A stretch of DNA of 64,000 nucleotides from Octopus sinensis (Eukaryota), in the NCBI RefSeq assembly GCF_006345805.1, contig NC_042997.1, positions 111,414,001-111,478,000 on the forward strand, in the 5' to 3' direction. The position numbers were made by a program, and so were the translations under genes. Numbering within the stretch: the first letter of the stretch is position 1; every line of letters starts with the position of its first letter. The notes under the pieces are model-generated. The model saw nothing but the letters and a program-made list of their open reading frames with translations. It was not told the DNA's origin and made no database searches. Below, piece after piece: positions 49,861-63,186 of this stretch.

Positions 49861-49943
49861 GCCCGGTCGTTAGAGCATCAGACTTTTAATCATTAATTTA
49901 CTAAGTGATTTAAGGGTCATGGGTTCAAGTCCCTCTGTGGGCA
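49861..49943 (+). pseudogene. tRNA-Lys(TTT) pseudogene with 19-nt intron-like insert and D-arm deletion
   Basis: GCCCGG..TAGAGCATCAGAC-TTTTA-[19 nt]-ATTTAAGGGTCATGGGTTCAAGTCCCTCTGTGGGCA, followed by TTTT. The 9 nt ATAGCTCAG of a typical Lys(TTT) gene are missing. Confidence 0.75.
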
Positions 49944-50879
49944 GGTTTTCATTATTACTTTATTGAAATATTTTACTGGTTTCAAGATTTTTTGTTGATT
50001 TCATTACTTGTGCACTTCTTGTATTTACTTAATCATTTTTTAGCTTCAGGAGTGGCTGTGGAGTAAGAAGCTTGCTTCCCAACCACAGGGTTCTGGATTC
50101 AGTCCCACTGTGATAGGCTTAGGCTGACCAATGCCTTGTGAGTGGATTTGGTAGGTGGAAACTGAAAGAAGCCCATCGTGTATGCATATATATATATATA
50201 TATATGCGAGAATTTACAAAAAAAAAAGCTAAAGACGAAGACGGGTATGTAAACAACAAACAGATGTATTAGTTTAATGGTCGGGAAGGTGAGAAAGTCT
50301 TTTGTTTCGAGCCTACACTCTTCAAAAGAAAGGAACACAGAAATAAAGAGGGAGAGAAAATAAGAGGTTTAGTAGCTAGCGATCAATCATGGAGAATGCC
50401 AGACAGGTGGTCAGACAAGGGAGATAATAAAGTAGTGGTGATCCCAAAACAAAGGTGCGCTTGCATGTGTACGTGCATATGTATGTGCATGTGACCTTGA
50501 TGTGTGCATGTGTAGGTGTGTGCATGATGGTGTGGGTGTTGGGAAGTGGTCAGTACTAGTGTGTGCAGGGTAATGTGGTGGTGTTGGAGTGTGGGAGAGG
50601 CGAGAATGGGGGAGCAGGGGGGGTGAAAGGGATGGGGTGGAGTGGGATATACATATATATATTATCTGAAGCGTACGGTATTGTATATCTATCATAAGCC
50701 GGTCTAACTAATTGGTTTTACACTCGGGGTACAATGGAGATCAGCTGTGATGGATAGGTAAAAACTATTCATTTCAGATAATGCTCCCACTCTATTGACA
50801 GATATACTCGTGCATCGTTCTCTTGACTTATGGACTTTTAGATGACTTACTTGTGTGTGTATGTGTGAATATGTATTTT

Positions 50880-51192
50880 ACCGGTGGCATGTAACAAGCA
50901 CCATCTGAACGTGGCCGATGCTAGCACTGCCTTGACTGGCTCCTGTGCTGGTGACACGTAAAAACCACCATTTGATCGTGGTCGATGCCAGCCATCTATG
51001 GCCCCTGTGCTAGTGACATGTAAAAAGCACCCACTACACTCTCGGAGTGGTTGGCGCTAGGAAGGGCATCCAGCTGTAGAAACACTGCTAGTTCAGACTG
51101 GTGCTTGATGCAGCCTCCTGGCTTTCCTGACCCCGGTCAAACCACCCAACCCATGCCAGCATGGAAAACGGACGTTAAGCGATGATGATGAG
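50880..51192 (+). mobile_element. RTE LINE 3' UTR and tail fragment
   Basis: Family subrepeats and tail with (GAT)n. Confidence 0.72.
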
Positions 51193-52009
51193 TATCCATG
51201 TTTGTCCCTACCACTGTTTGACAACCGGTGTTGTTGTGTTTATATCCCTGTAACTTGGTGGTTCAGCAAAAGAGACCGATAGAATAAGTACCAGGCTTAA
51301 AAAGAGATAAGCATTGGTGTTGATTTGTTTGCCTAAAATTCTTCAAGATGGTGCCCCAGCATGGCTGCAGTCTCATGACCGAAACAAGTAAAGAATAAAA
51401 GATAGTCACCAAATTCTTGTTGTTCCAGTTTTGTCTGAGTAAACACAATAACCAGAAACTTCACGGTTGAATGATTTGGACAAGGAAAGTGATATTTTTA
51501 TCTTGTAATTCAGTCATTGAATTGTAGCCATACTGGGGCACCGGCTTCAATGCTTCAGTCAAACAAATCACTATTAGTACTTAGTTTTAAATCTGGCGCT
51601 TATTCTAACCAATCCCTTTTACAGGAACATAAACAAACCAACACCAGCCATCAATTGGTGTTGGTGGGGGCAAACAACACAAAGACACATAATTATAAAT
51701 ACTAGAAATAACAGCTAAGTTTCCTTTAAATTGGAACATAGCTTAAAACAGGATGGACTCATTAGATGTTGTAGTCCTAGATACATTGTTTTTAAAAACA
51801 TGGTGGCCGAGGCTGGAATGTCTTTGCTCAGAGATAACTTTGGTCTAAACAATGTTTTAATAATATCAGTGAATGACTAATAGATATAAATTTGTCCCCA
51901 TAACACTTAGACCATGTAGCATCAATTGATTGATGACTAATACATCAGTTGACTAATGTGATGCTTGTACATCAAGCTATCTCTATAAATCTTAGGTCAT
52001 GTCTATTTT

Positions 52010-52175
52010 GGGCGTGGCTGCGTGGTAAGTAGCTTGCTTACCAACCACATGGTTCTGGGTTCAGTTCCATTGTGTGGCACCTTGGGCGAGTATCTTCTTC
52101 TACAGCCTCAGGCTGCGAGTGGATTTGGTTGACAGAAACTAAAAGAATCCTGTCACTGATATGTGTGTGTATGTG

Positions 52176-52214
<39 letters not shown>

Positions 52215-52415
52215 CTTTATGTCTTCCACTACTTGACATCTGGTGTTGCTGTGTTTATGTCCCCCTTAGTGGTTCAGCAAGGGGGACTGATAGAATTAGT
52301 ACCAGGCTTAAAAAGAAAATAAGTCCCAAGGTTGATTCCTTTGAATAAAATTCTTCAAGGCAGTGCTCCAGCATGGCCGCAGTCTAGTGACTGAAACAAG
52401 TAAAAGATAAAAGAT
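52010..52415 (+). mobile_element. CORE-type SINE, full length
   Basis: Head, core, microsatellite and tail ..GAAACAAGTAAAAGATAAAAGA. Confidence 0.8.
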
Positions 52416-52699
52416 TAGCTGATTGATGACTAATACTTAGAGTTGTTTCCATCAAATGGTAATCGACTTCCCGTTTGTGTGCAGTTTCTGCCAGTTCCTC
52501 CTTTCTGAGTTCAAATCCTAGCTCAGTCAGCTTTGACTTTCATCCTTCTGGGCTTGATAAAATACCAGTTATACAGTGAAACTAAATAACCAACTACAGT
52601 CATACCTCACCTACATCATTAATTGGTTTCAGGAGACCAGAGTTCAGTTGAATTAACTTGTCTCTAGGCTAAACCGATAACAACCATTCCCAGTTCTGT

Positions 52700-53020
52700 A
52701 TTTTATTTATGAATGCATTTTCAATAATACATGGTTAATAAAAACCTATTCTAAGCTTACAAACAAATAATTTTAATTTCTTGATGCAGTACAGTAAAAA
52801 AAAAGTAATCTAAATTTGCGAATACAATTTGACGGTGTTTACCATACATCGCGGATGCTTTATTCATGAATGCAGTTTGCAATAAGACATGGTAAAATAA
52901 AAGCCTTTTTCAAGCTTAAAAAGCAAATTCAATAATTATTATTATTTTGCAATAGTAAAAAAAGCTAAATTATTTTAAATTTACCAATTTGTACATACAA
53001 TTTGGTGATTTCATGATTTC
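52700..53020. repeat. Diverged ~157-bp tandem duplication
   Basis: ATGAATGCA..CAATAA.ACATGG..CAAGCTTA / TAAGCTTA at ~52709 and ~52866. Confidence 0.65.
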
Positions 53021-53375
53021 ATTCATGAAGCTACATTACTTTATGGTGTGTATCTTAACATTTACTGCACGTATTTTAATATGATTTTTATATGCTTTTA
53101 TTCTTATTTATTGTACAGTAAGATGATTTTATGTGCTTTTAACGGTTTTCTAATGATTTTATAATTCCAATATTTGTGGCAGACAGACGTAAAGTCGAGT
53201 AAAATGACTTAACTTGATTTTTATTTTACCCTATATTATTTTTGAGAACTGATGTATAATCAAGAATGACTTAAGCTGAGGTATGCTGGTATATACATGC
53301 TTCCCCAATAATGTGACACCATGCCAAGTCTAGAAATAATCTCTTACACCTGTGTGTGTAGACTAGAGTATAGAC

Positions 53376-53703
53376 TAGGGGTTCCCAACCCTTTTATTTA
53401 CGTGAGTCCCCCCCTTTTTTTTTATATACTTATCCTTATGTATGTTGTTGTTTCCTTGGCGTATAGGTTCCCCACCTGGACAGGACACTGGTCCATCACA
53501 GGTGAGCTGCAAGATGCAGGAGGAAAGAGTGGGAGAAAGTTGTGGTGAAAGAGTCAGCAGAAATTTGCCATTACCTTCTGCCGAAGCTGTGTGGAGCTTA
53601 GGTGTTTTGCTCATAAACACACACGTTGCTCGGTCTGAGATTCGAATCCACGATCCCTTGACCATGAATCTTCTGCTCTAAACACTAGGCCATGTGCCTC
53701 CAC

Positions 53704-53750
<47 letters not shown>

Positions 53751-54100
53751 ATCGTCATCATCATCGTTTAACGTCCGTTTTCTGCGCTAGCACGGGTTGG
53801 ACGGTTTCGACCGGGGTCTGGGGAGCCAGGGGCTGCCCCAGGCTCCAGTCTGGTCTGGCAGTGTTTCTACAGCTGGATGCCCTTCCTAACGCCAACCACT
53901 CCACGAGTGTAGTGGGTGCTTTTTACGTGCCACCTGCACAGGTGCCAGAGTGGTCTGGCATCGGCCACGGTCAGTTGGTGCTTTTTATGTGCCACCTGCA
54001 CAGAAGCCAGTCGGGGCGGTGCTGGCATCGGCCATTAAATTTAGTTCATGGACCCCCAGTACTACCAGGGGATCCGCAGACCCTAGTTTGGGAACCACTG
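53376..54100. mobile_element. hAT (Charlie-like) MITE with nested SINE and RTE fragment
   Basis: Ends TAGGGGTTCCCAACC / TTTGGGAACCACTG; 8-bp TSD GTATAGAC / GTATATAC. Confidence 0.75.
53443..53703 (-). mobile_element. tRNA-derived SINE of a separate family
   Basis: Minus strand GTGGAGGCACATGGCCTAGTGTTTAGAGC..GGATTCGAATCTC (A/B boxes), then a body ending GATGGACCAGTGTCCTGTCCAGG.. Confidence 0.7.
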
Positions 54101-54744
54101 GTATATACACAAATCCGTGAAGTAGAACCAATACTGTATATTTTTTATTTATTTTTATAATTAGTATATATTATTTTATTATAAATGCTAAACAACATCA
54201 TGGAAGAATCGATGTAAGCTTAAATAATAAGCCACGATAGGTGAACCACAATACGGTGAGAGATTACTGTTTACTCACTACCTGCCATCAAGCCTAGTAT
54301 GTGCATTGACCCTGCACCTCTTATGTTAAATCTCTCTGTATCTCACTACTGCCTCTTCATAAAGCTTGACCAGAGATCCAATCAACCAACAATTATCATT
54401 TATTATTTTATAGAGATAAACATAAAGCTGTCCAAATTAATTGGAAGAGGAAATCTGATGATTTAAAGTTCAAATCTGATGGACTCCAATTTGCAGTTTA
54501 TCTCTTCAGTGTTAAGATATCACTAGCTTTGAGAGAAGATTTGATGGAGGGATACTGAAAGATGCCCATTATACATGTGTGTGTGTGTGTGTGTGTGTCT
54601 CTCCTTGTCTTGATACCATGTGACTGGTAAATGAGGAGTGTCACTGTCATACAAACAGTGTCAATCACTTTCAGTGTTCTGCAAAAACATGTCTGGTCTT
54701 GGAAACGGGTGAAGGTTGGTGACAGGAAGGGCATCTGGCCACCA

Positions 54745-55584
54745 AAGATGGTCGTTTTTCTTTTAGCACTTAACTTAAGCTGCTCAAAATAGATCTCCTT
54801 TGCTATCGTTTGGGTTTAAAAGTTCGAAGTGGACTAAACCTTTCATATCCCACCAAACAGATAACACTTTATGTGGGTGTAAACCTTCTTTAGCTTGGGG
54901 TGCTGGTGTTTCTCCTTTCCCTATACACTGTCTTTGGTACTTGACATTTTTATAGAGAACCCATTGCTTGTCACCAGTCAACTATTCAGTCCAAAAAGAA
55001 GTTCATTCGTGAGACATGAGAGCAAAGAAGAGTTCACATTCACTCTCTGCGCACGATTAGTCTCAGAAAGTTTGTGAGGAACCCATTGACCCAATCTGCA
55101 GACTTTTCCGATGGCATGCAGGTGTTGATGAATGGTTGAATGACCGAATCCAAGCTTCTCTACTAGCTCCTCAATAGTTACAATGGGATTTTGTTCCACC
55201 AGGTTTTGCAGGACATCCTCATTGAGCTCTACAGATCTTCCAGGACAAGGCTCATATTCTAGGTTGTAGTTTCTGGCTTAGAATTTCTGGAACCTCTGTT
55301 GGCTTATACTTATTGTCCGATCCTCATATACTGTGTTAATATTCCTTGCACTTTCTGTTGCGTTGTGGCCTTTATTGAATTCATAATGCTCCTTTATCAC
55401 TTCCATTATAGCTTTGAAAAATAACTGTTAAAATCAAACTGCACTCTTCAAAACTTGCACTAAGAATAAGCACAAGGTAAAATTACTACCTGCTTTTATA
55501 GTAAGTTGATGCAGGTAGTTTATCCCATCCCCCTCCGACTTTTGCTTCATGCAATTGAAAAAACTGCATTATTTATGGGATAAC
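54745..55584 (-). mobile_element. Mariner transposon remnant (5' TIR plus frameshifted N-terminal two-thirds of the transposase)
   Basis: ATG at 55406; NATESARNINTVY, GRSVELNEDVLQNLVEQNP, WVPHKLSE, TGDKQWVLY, VWWDMKGLVHFELL. Confidence 0.85.
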
Positions 55585-56809
55585 ACACACACACACACAC
55601 ACACATTACATGTGTGTGTGTGTGTGAGTGTTTGTCCCACCTCCTCTACTTGACAACCGATGGTGTGTGTGTGTGTGTTTACGTCTCCCAAATATAGCGG
55701 TTCAGCAAAATTGATCGATAGAATAAGTATGAGGCTTAACAAAAGCACGTACCGATGTCGATTCGTTCGACTGAAATTCCTCAAGGTCTTGCCCCAGCAT
55801 GGCCGCAGTCTAGTGACTGAAACAAGTAAAAGATAGAAAATATCTTTTTTTTATTCCGTCCTCCTCCCTTTTTCCAAAGAAACACAAATCCGAACTTTCC
55901 AACTCTTTCTAATATCCTTGTTTTGCTGGTTTCCTTTGGAACTCAGCTGGAATGTCTCGCTTGAAAATGTTTTCCTTTTTGCTACAAGAAAAATCTCTAC
56001 GGTGGTGAAGGCATTTAATATTATTTTGTCTAAATTAATGACTCCGTGCTGTTAAAATATCTCATTGCTCCCCACCATCAGCTTAACATATCGAACCAGA
56101 TGTTAAATCGATCATTTATTGATTGCTAGGCTCGAATCACATGGCCTCACAATAACAATCCTGTGTCCAAGAGAGAAAAGATAGAATTTCATAACAAAAG
56201 ACGAACTTTAATTAATCCTAAGTAGAAATTCAGTTTTAATTATTCAAAATTAAATCTGATTATATTTTAGATTATTAAAATATGGAATTAAGGGAAAACG
56301 AAAACAAAGTTTGATCTTCGCGTAGAGTCGTTGAAATAAGTGAATTAAGAATAAAATGGAAAAATGATTTTAAATAATTCTGTACTAATTTCGTTTTAAG
56401 GTATTCACAAAACTATATTTCTTGAGAAAATCCACGGAAATGGTGTAAATTTAATAGGTAGAATTTATAGTATTAAAAGCTAGTGTCATCGACAGTGGAA
56501 AGGAACAAACAATGGACAGAACACACAGACACAATGAAAGGAAAGCAATGTGAAGTGTAAAAGAGCACGTCGTCAGTAGAGGAAGATGACAAAGAGGGGG
56601 TAAGACAGGGAGAGAGAGAGAGAGGGAATATATGTGAGGGAGGGAAGAAATGTAGGAAGACTTGAAGGGGGTAAAAGAAAAAAAAAACGTCAGAGGAAAC
56701 TGGGTGCATGTTGTGTGGTGAATCTGTTTCTGTCCCTTGTATGCGAAATCACAGTAAAAATAATGTTGGATGGCCGCCATAATGTAATTTCAGCGTGGTG
56801 GTAGTAGTG

Positions 56810-57290
56810 GTGCGGTGAACACACCTTTAACATGAGTGTCACTATTAACACTGAACATGGTGAACACTAACGTGATGGTGTCGGTGGTGGCGAACACAAC
56901 GTGTTTAATGTTGGTGAACATACACCCTCAGTATCTCTCAACATAGTGGAATTGTGAACACATACACTTTTAACATAGTAGTGAACACGTACTATTAACA
57001 TGGGGTGGTGAACACAATATGACGGTGAATATTTGCTCACTTTTAACACGAGTGCATAACACATTCCTGAAATTGAACAAGTACACCCACTGCTAACGTA
57101 ACGATGAACGCATACTAACTTTTAACAAGGCGGTGAACATATATGACATGATGTTAGTGAACATACACTCGCATTTTAATATGGTTGTGAACATAATCAC
57201 GCTAACTATGATGGTTGTGAACACATTGTCTTATTGGTGATGATGTTTGCGAACATACTTTTAACAAACGTGATGGTGAACACATACACA
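56810..57290. repeat. Degenerate minisatellite built on GTGAACA
   Basis: About 11 exact GTGAAC plus about 5 variants spaced ~25-45 bp apart, all on one strand. Confidence 0.8.
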
Positions 57291-58840
57291 AATCTACCTT
57301 TTTTCTGCGTGTTTATCTATCTGTCTGCGTGTTTGTGTCTGTTTACATATTCCTTTGTAAAACACAAGGACAAGCAATATGTTAGTTAAAATTTGTATCG
57401 TTTAAGGACAAAATGTTTATAAACATTGAAGCTAACAGGAATAAAAGTAATAACGTGCTAGAAAGCAGAACTATTTCGTTTTACTCCAAGATAAACCACG
57501 AAAGAAACCTTTCCAAACAACTATTATTGTACATAAAAATCACAATTTATGTTGGAACCTGCAAAGAAGAAACAATAACTGCTCTGAAGAAGATAAAAGA
57601 ATTCGATAAGTTGTTCAAGAATTATCCCAAATATCAAGGCAGATGTCATAAAATAAGTTCCGTATTCCCGCCGTATTGTGAGGAAGTCGCAGCTTCCTTC
57701 CGTCCTTCCTTCCATGTGATAAGACCAAAAAATCACAAATCAATCAAAATATATTTTTAAAAAAGTAACACACACACACACACCACCCACATTAGGACTG
57801 GAAAACTTATCAGGACATCGAAAACGGAAGATTTACTGCCAAGAGCAAAACCAAACCATGTTTTAATATTTAATTCTTTAAACAAAAGTGAAAGTTAGAA
57901 AGAGAGAGAGAGAGAGAGAGATGTAGTGTTGTTTCAAACGATTATCTTTATAAGCATTAATTAAATTAACTGCGAAAACTTAGATTTGATAAGGATAACT
58001 AAACTAAAGCAGGATTATAAAATGTTTTGGAGTATGTTTAAAAAGAAGACGGCGATGGTTAAGGAACAAAAACAGAGGTAAATTATAGACAAATGGTGTA
58101 AGAAAAATGAAAGACAAATATTTAAAAAAAAAAACGAAATTGACATGACTGTATAACAATTATATTTTGTCAGAAAGAAAGAAATAGTTTAAAAGGTTAA
58201 AACGATGACAATATTTTTTTTATTAGATATTGGAATATGTAGCTTACTGTATCTACAATACATACAAAACACGGTTTTTATATATATATATATATGAGAA
58301 CATGCGGCGAGCACCGAGCGAGAGAAAGAATTTGTCATGTGAAATTGTAAACAAAGATAATTGTGTCAAAATATGAACAGAAATAATAATGGTAATAATA
58401 ATAGTAATAATTATACGAAATGTAAAAGGAATTTGGTGAAAGAGAAACGAATAATGTAGATGTTTTTGGTTATAATCTCTGCTTAGCAGACAATATGGAA
58501 TTGTATTTATAAGAGCGAAGAAAGAGAAGGAAATAATGTTTTGTATATGTTTGGAAGTGAAATGGAGAGAAAAATTACTGTAGAAGTGTAGTTTTATATA
58601 TATATATATATATATATATAATGGGTATGTATATGCCACCCCCCATTTCTACACGTGTATACCCGTACATATATAAGGCTGAAACATAAAGGAATAAAAT
58701 ATATACATACACCAACTATTATGTATACACACGTGTGTGTGTGTACCTAAGTACACGTGTGTTTAATTGGATATATATGCATATCTATATATACATATCT
58801 GTATGTGTGTGTATATATAGGCAGATGTTATATATATATA

Positions 58841-58885
<45 letters not shown>

Positions 58886-59713
58886 GCTCATACATATATG
58901 TAATGTATGCCTGTATGTGTACACACACATATACGAATGTAAGCAATACAATTTTAATGTCAGATGTAAATCTCTGAAAGTCTGCAACTCAATGGGTAGT
59001 CGGGGCTATGACATATCCACCGGGATTAAACAGATGGGAAGAATGGACAACAAAGTATTAACCTCCATGGGACATCAAGATATTCTGGAAACGCTATCCA
59101 CTTCCTCACCTCATCAGCCACTGTTGAATTAAAGACAATAGTTTAGTCATACTGTATAGATGGCAGTTGATGATACCACTCAATCAGGAATGGATAACGG
59201 ATTGAATAAATCATATTATATATTGAATATATGTATAGGGATAGATGTTGCCATGTGGTAAAAAGCTTGCCCACTGTGTGGAACCTTGGGCAAGTTGTTT
59301 TCTACTATGACCTCAGGCTTTGTGAATGGACTTCGTAGACAGAAACTAAAAGAAGCCTGTCATTTGTGAGTGTGTCACACCATTGCTTGACATCCAGTGT
59401 TGGTGTGTTTACATCCCTTTAACTTAGTGTTTTGGTAAAAATGACCGATAGAATCGGTACTAGGCTTAAAAAATAATGTCCTGGGGTTGATTTGTTCAAC
59501 CAAAATTCTTCAACATGGTGCCCCAGCATGGCCACAGTCTAATGACTGAAACAAGTGAAAGATAAAAGATAAATGCAGGCGTGGCTGAGTGGTTAAGACA
59601 CTTTGTTTCCCAACCACATGGTTTCTGGTTCAGTCTCACTGCGTGGCACCTTAGGCAAGTGTCTTCTATAGTCCTGGGCTGGCCAATTTGGTAGACAGAA
59701 ACTGAAAGAAGCC

Positions 59714-59935
59714 TTAGCTGGCGAGCTGGCGGAAACATTAGCATGCCGGGCAAAAAGCTTAGCGGTATTTTGTCTGCCGTTACGTTCTGAGTTCAAATTC
59801 CGCCGAGGTCGACTTTGCCTTTCATCCTTTCGGGTTCGATTAAATAAGTACCAGTTATGCACTGGGGGTCAATATAATCGACTTAATCCGTTTGTCTGTC
59901 CTTGTTTAGCCCCTTGTGGGCAACAAAGAAATAAC
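59714..59935 (+). mobile_element. Meta-type SINE monomer
   Basis: GAGCTGGCGGAAACATTAGC.., Meta domain, ending ..AAAGAAATA. Confidence 0.8.
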
Positions 59936-60254
59936 AAACTGAAAGTAGCCTATCATCTCTCTATCTCTGTCTCTCTAAATATGTGTGTGTGTGTGTGTGT
60001 GTTCCATCACTTGACAACTAGTATTGGTTTGTTTACATCCACTGTAACTTAAAGGTTTGGCAAAAGAGAATGATAGATTAAATACCAAATTTGAATAAAT
60101 GCTGTGGTTGATTTGTTCCATTGAACTCTTTGAGTTTGGTGCTCCAGGCGTGGCTGCAGTCCAATGACTGAAACCAGCAAAAGAGACATAAGTACTAATG
60201 GCGAGGGGTGGGGTGGGGTAGGGGAGGATCTGTGAAGATTTGAAAGAAAGGAAG

Positions 60255-60460
60255 CAATTGATGTGTGATACTACGCTGCACGAACTAAGGTAGAGAAATG
60301 AGCTGAGAGGAAATCTAGGTTGAAGAGGAACCCAATGTGGTGTGCAAAACAGAAAACTGTGTTGGTATGGTCATGTGAAGTGAGCTGTGTAGAGACGTAC
60401 AGGGTACTCCAAGGGATGTGGAGGGTGGAGCTTGTAGAAGAAGAGGGGAAACCCAGGAAG
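60255..60460 (+). pseudogene. RTE LINE RT C-terminal relic
   Basis: LRGNLG*RGTQCGVQNRKLCWYGHV. Confidence 0.6.
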
Positions 60461-60619
60461 GTAGAGGGGGTGGGGGGGCGGCAATAAACTAAGTATTGTC
60501 TGAACACTGTTGGTCAATATCATCAATTAGCCCCCTCCTCCAAAATTTCAGGCCTTGTGCTTATAACAGAAAGAGTTATTATAAAAGCAGCAAGCTGACA
60601 GAATCCTTAGGGAAATCGA

Positions 60620-61090
60620 AATTGAACCAAATTCGATGACTGGCACCCGTGCCAGTGGAGCGCTAACAGCTCCATCCGAGCAGGATCATTGCCAGAGTTG
60701 GGCTCCCATGCCGGTGATATGTAAAAAGCACCATTAGATTGTGATCATTATCAGCGTCGCCTTACTGGCACATGTATCGGTAGCACGTGAACAAAACATT
60801 CGAGCGAGGTCGTTACCAGAGCCACTGGACTGGCTCCTGTGCAAGTGGCACATAAAAAACACCATTTCAAGCGTGGCCATTGCCAGTACCGCCAGACTGG
60901 CCCCCGTGCCGGTGGCACGTAAAAAGCACCCACTACACTCTTGGAGTGGTTGACATTAGGAAGGGCATCCAGCTGTAGAAACTCTGCCAGATCAGATTGG
61001 AGCCTGGTGCAGCCATCTGGTTCGCCAGTCCTCAGTCAAATCGTCCAACCCATGCTAGCATGGAAAGTGGACGTTAAATGATGACGATGA
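60620..61090 (+). mobile_element. RTE LINE 3' UTR and tail
   Basis: Family subrepeats and tail. Confidence 0.75.
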
Positions 61091-61519
61091 CAATTATAAT
61101 TTGATGGCATTTCTTCAGGCTCTTTAGATCCTGAGTTGAAATACCTTTGAGGTCAACTTTGCCTTTCATCTTTTAGAGCTGATAAAATAAGGACCAGTTA
61201 AGTGCTGGGGACGGGGTGTCAATGTAATTAAGTCACTACGACTCCCCTAAAATTACAGTCCTTGTGTCAAAATTTGAAACGATAAAAGTAGTGGTAAACT
61301 GGTAGAACTGTGGACGAAATGCTTAGTGGCGTTTAAAACCATTTTTCCTTCATTTTGAAGCCAATCAGATAAAGTACCAGTCAGGTACTGGGGGTTGACG
61401 TGTCCTCTCCCTTCAAAAGTTCCTGGCCTTGTGTGCCAAAATTAGAATTATTTTTAATTGCCAAAATTTACAAAATAATTCAAGGACTGAGTTTTGTGTC
61501 AGTCCGGGCAGGGAAGCGA

Positions 61520-62098
61520 AACCTTCACTGGGTGGTCTTAAGGTAAACTTTGCAAAGATGAAGGTTTTAGTACGTAGGAAGAGATGAGAGCCTGGAATTT
61601 TCAGGGAAATGGTCTTGCTTAAGATGCAGAAAAGGAGTAGGTATAAACCCCAGAGATGTAGTGGAATAACTGGCAGACTATCCAAGAATGTAAGATGCAT
61701 CAGATCAATATGTGGCATGAACACACTGGGAATAGATTCTCTTGAATGCCAGGATGGCTCACTGGAAGTAAGTGATAAGGTTTTTTTTTTTAATCTAGGA
61801 TACATAATTTGCAAGGGAGGTGACTGCTCTGAAAAAAATAGCAGCCAGAGTAAGAACGGGCTGAAGAAAATCCAGGGAGATACTATCACAGCTGGCAACT
61901 AAAGTTTTTTTTCCCTAAGAAAGGAGGGCAAATTGTATGATGCTCGTATTACAACTGTGATTCTGTATGATAGATGTAGAAACTCTGCCAGATCAGATTG
62001 GAGTCTGGTGCAGACATCTGGTTCGCTAGACCTCAATCAAATCATCCAACCCATGCTAGCATGGAAAGCGGATGATGATGAGACACATATATATACAT

Positions 62099-62131
<33 letters not shown>

Positions 62132-62214
62132 ATAATTATATATACATATAATATTTATTATATATACATATATATATACATAATTATTATAATTATTAGA
62201 TATAATAATATTAT

Positions 62215-62248
<34 letters not shown>

Positions 62249-62600
62249 ATAATTATTATATATACATACATATAGAGATACATATATATATACATAGACA
62301 CACATGAGCTGTGAATGTAGAAGACTTGGTAAGACTGGAAAGAAAAGAAGCTAGCATGCTCTGTTAGATGTGCAATATAAGTGGACTTGAACGAGAGAAT
62401 ATGTCGAAGCAAAAACTGGGAATAAGAGGAAACAGATGTACAAAAGAAGGAGATTGTGCTGATGAGGATACGAGGTGGACGAGGACAAGAGTGTGTAAAG
62501 AAATGCCAATTACTTAATGTGGCTGCCAGTTGTGGAAGTGGAGGATATGGGATGAAGAGGTTAAGACTTATCTCGAGATCTTGAATCTCATGGTGGAGAT
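61520..62600 (+). pseudogene. Degraded RTE LINE reverse-transcriptase region, interrupted by an RTE tail and a microsatellite
   Basis: GLKVNFAKMKVLV, QRCSGITGRL, LGYIICKGGDC, EDLVRLERKEASML, KLGIRG. Confidence 0.7.
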
Positions 62601-62613
62601 CATAAACAACTGG

Positions 62614-63186
62614 TACATTATTTACATTTGTCAGATATTTGTCCTTATCTTGTTTGTTGTTAACACAACATTTCGGCTGATATACCCTCCAGCCTTCATC
62701 AGGTGTCTTGGGGAAATTTCAAACTTGGGTTCTCATTCCTAAGGTATTTTTCAATGTTGTTATTATTATTATTATTATTCAGGTCCCAACGTTGCATTAC
62801 TAGCACCTGTGCCGGTGGCATGTGTAAAAAGATTCGAGCGAGGTCATTGCCAGTACCGCTTGACTGGGCCCCATGCCGGTGGCACGTAAAAAGCACCCAC
62901 TACACTCTCGGAGTGGTTGACGTTAGGAAGGGCATCCAGCTGTAGAAACTCTGTCAGATCAAGATTGGAGCCTGGTGCAGCCATCTGGTTGCCAGCCCTC
63001 AGTCAAAATCGCCCAACCCATGCATGGAAAGCAGATGTTAAACGACGATGCCTGGAATCGAACTCGGAATATTGGGGTTAGTAGCCTGCACTCTTAACCA
63101 CTACACCATACAAACAAGATGAGGACAAATATCCATCAAATGTAAATGATGTAAATAATTCCTCATCTCTTAAATCTAGAACTGTG
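62614..63186 (-). mobile_element. tRNA-headed hammerhead SINE, copy 4, interrupted by an RTE 3' fragment (62800-63050)
   Basis: Body 62614-62786 with near-intact HHR 62662-62707, tRNA head 63051-63110, inverted 3' arm 63111-63186; 11-bp TSD TAAA(C/T)AACTGG at 62603-62613 and 63187-63197. Confidence 0.85.

Noticed and set aside
14000-55000. Impression of stronger CpG decay in central repeats, suggesting a methylated gene body
   Set aside because: Not quantifiable by eye and confounded by element age; needs CpG observed/expected per repeat copy or bisulfite data.
57413-57760. 115-aa plus-strand ORF in unique sequence
   Set aside because: No recognisable motif or splice context; length is compatible with chance in AT-rich DNA.
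58917-59132. Possible terminal exon (..CKSLKVCNSMGSRGYDIST..) and an 11-nt minus-strand microexon near 59109-59119
   Set aside because: Splice signals are weaker, no homology is recognised, and both are plausible by chance.
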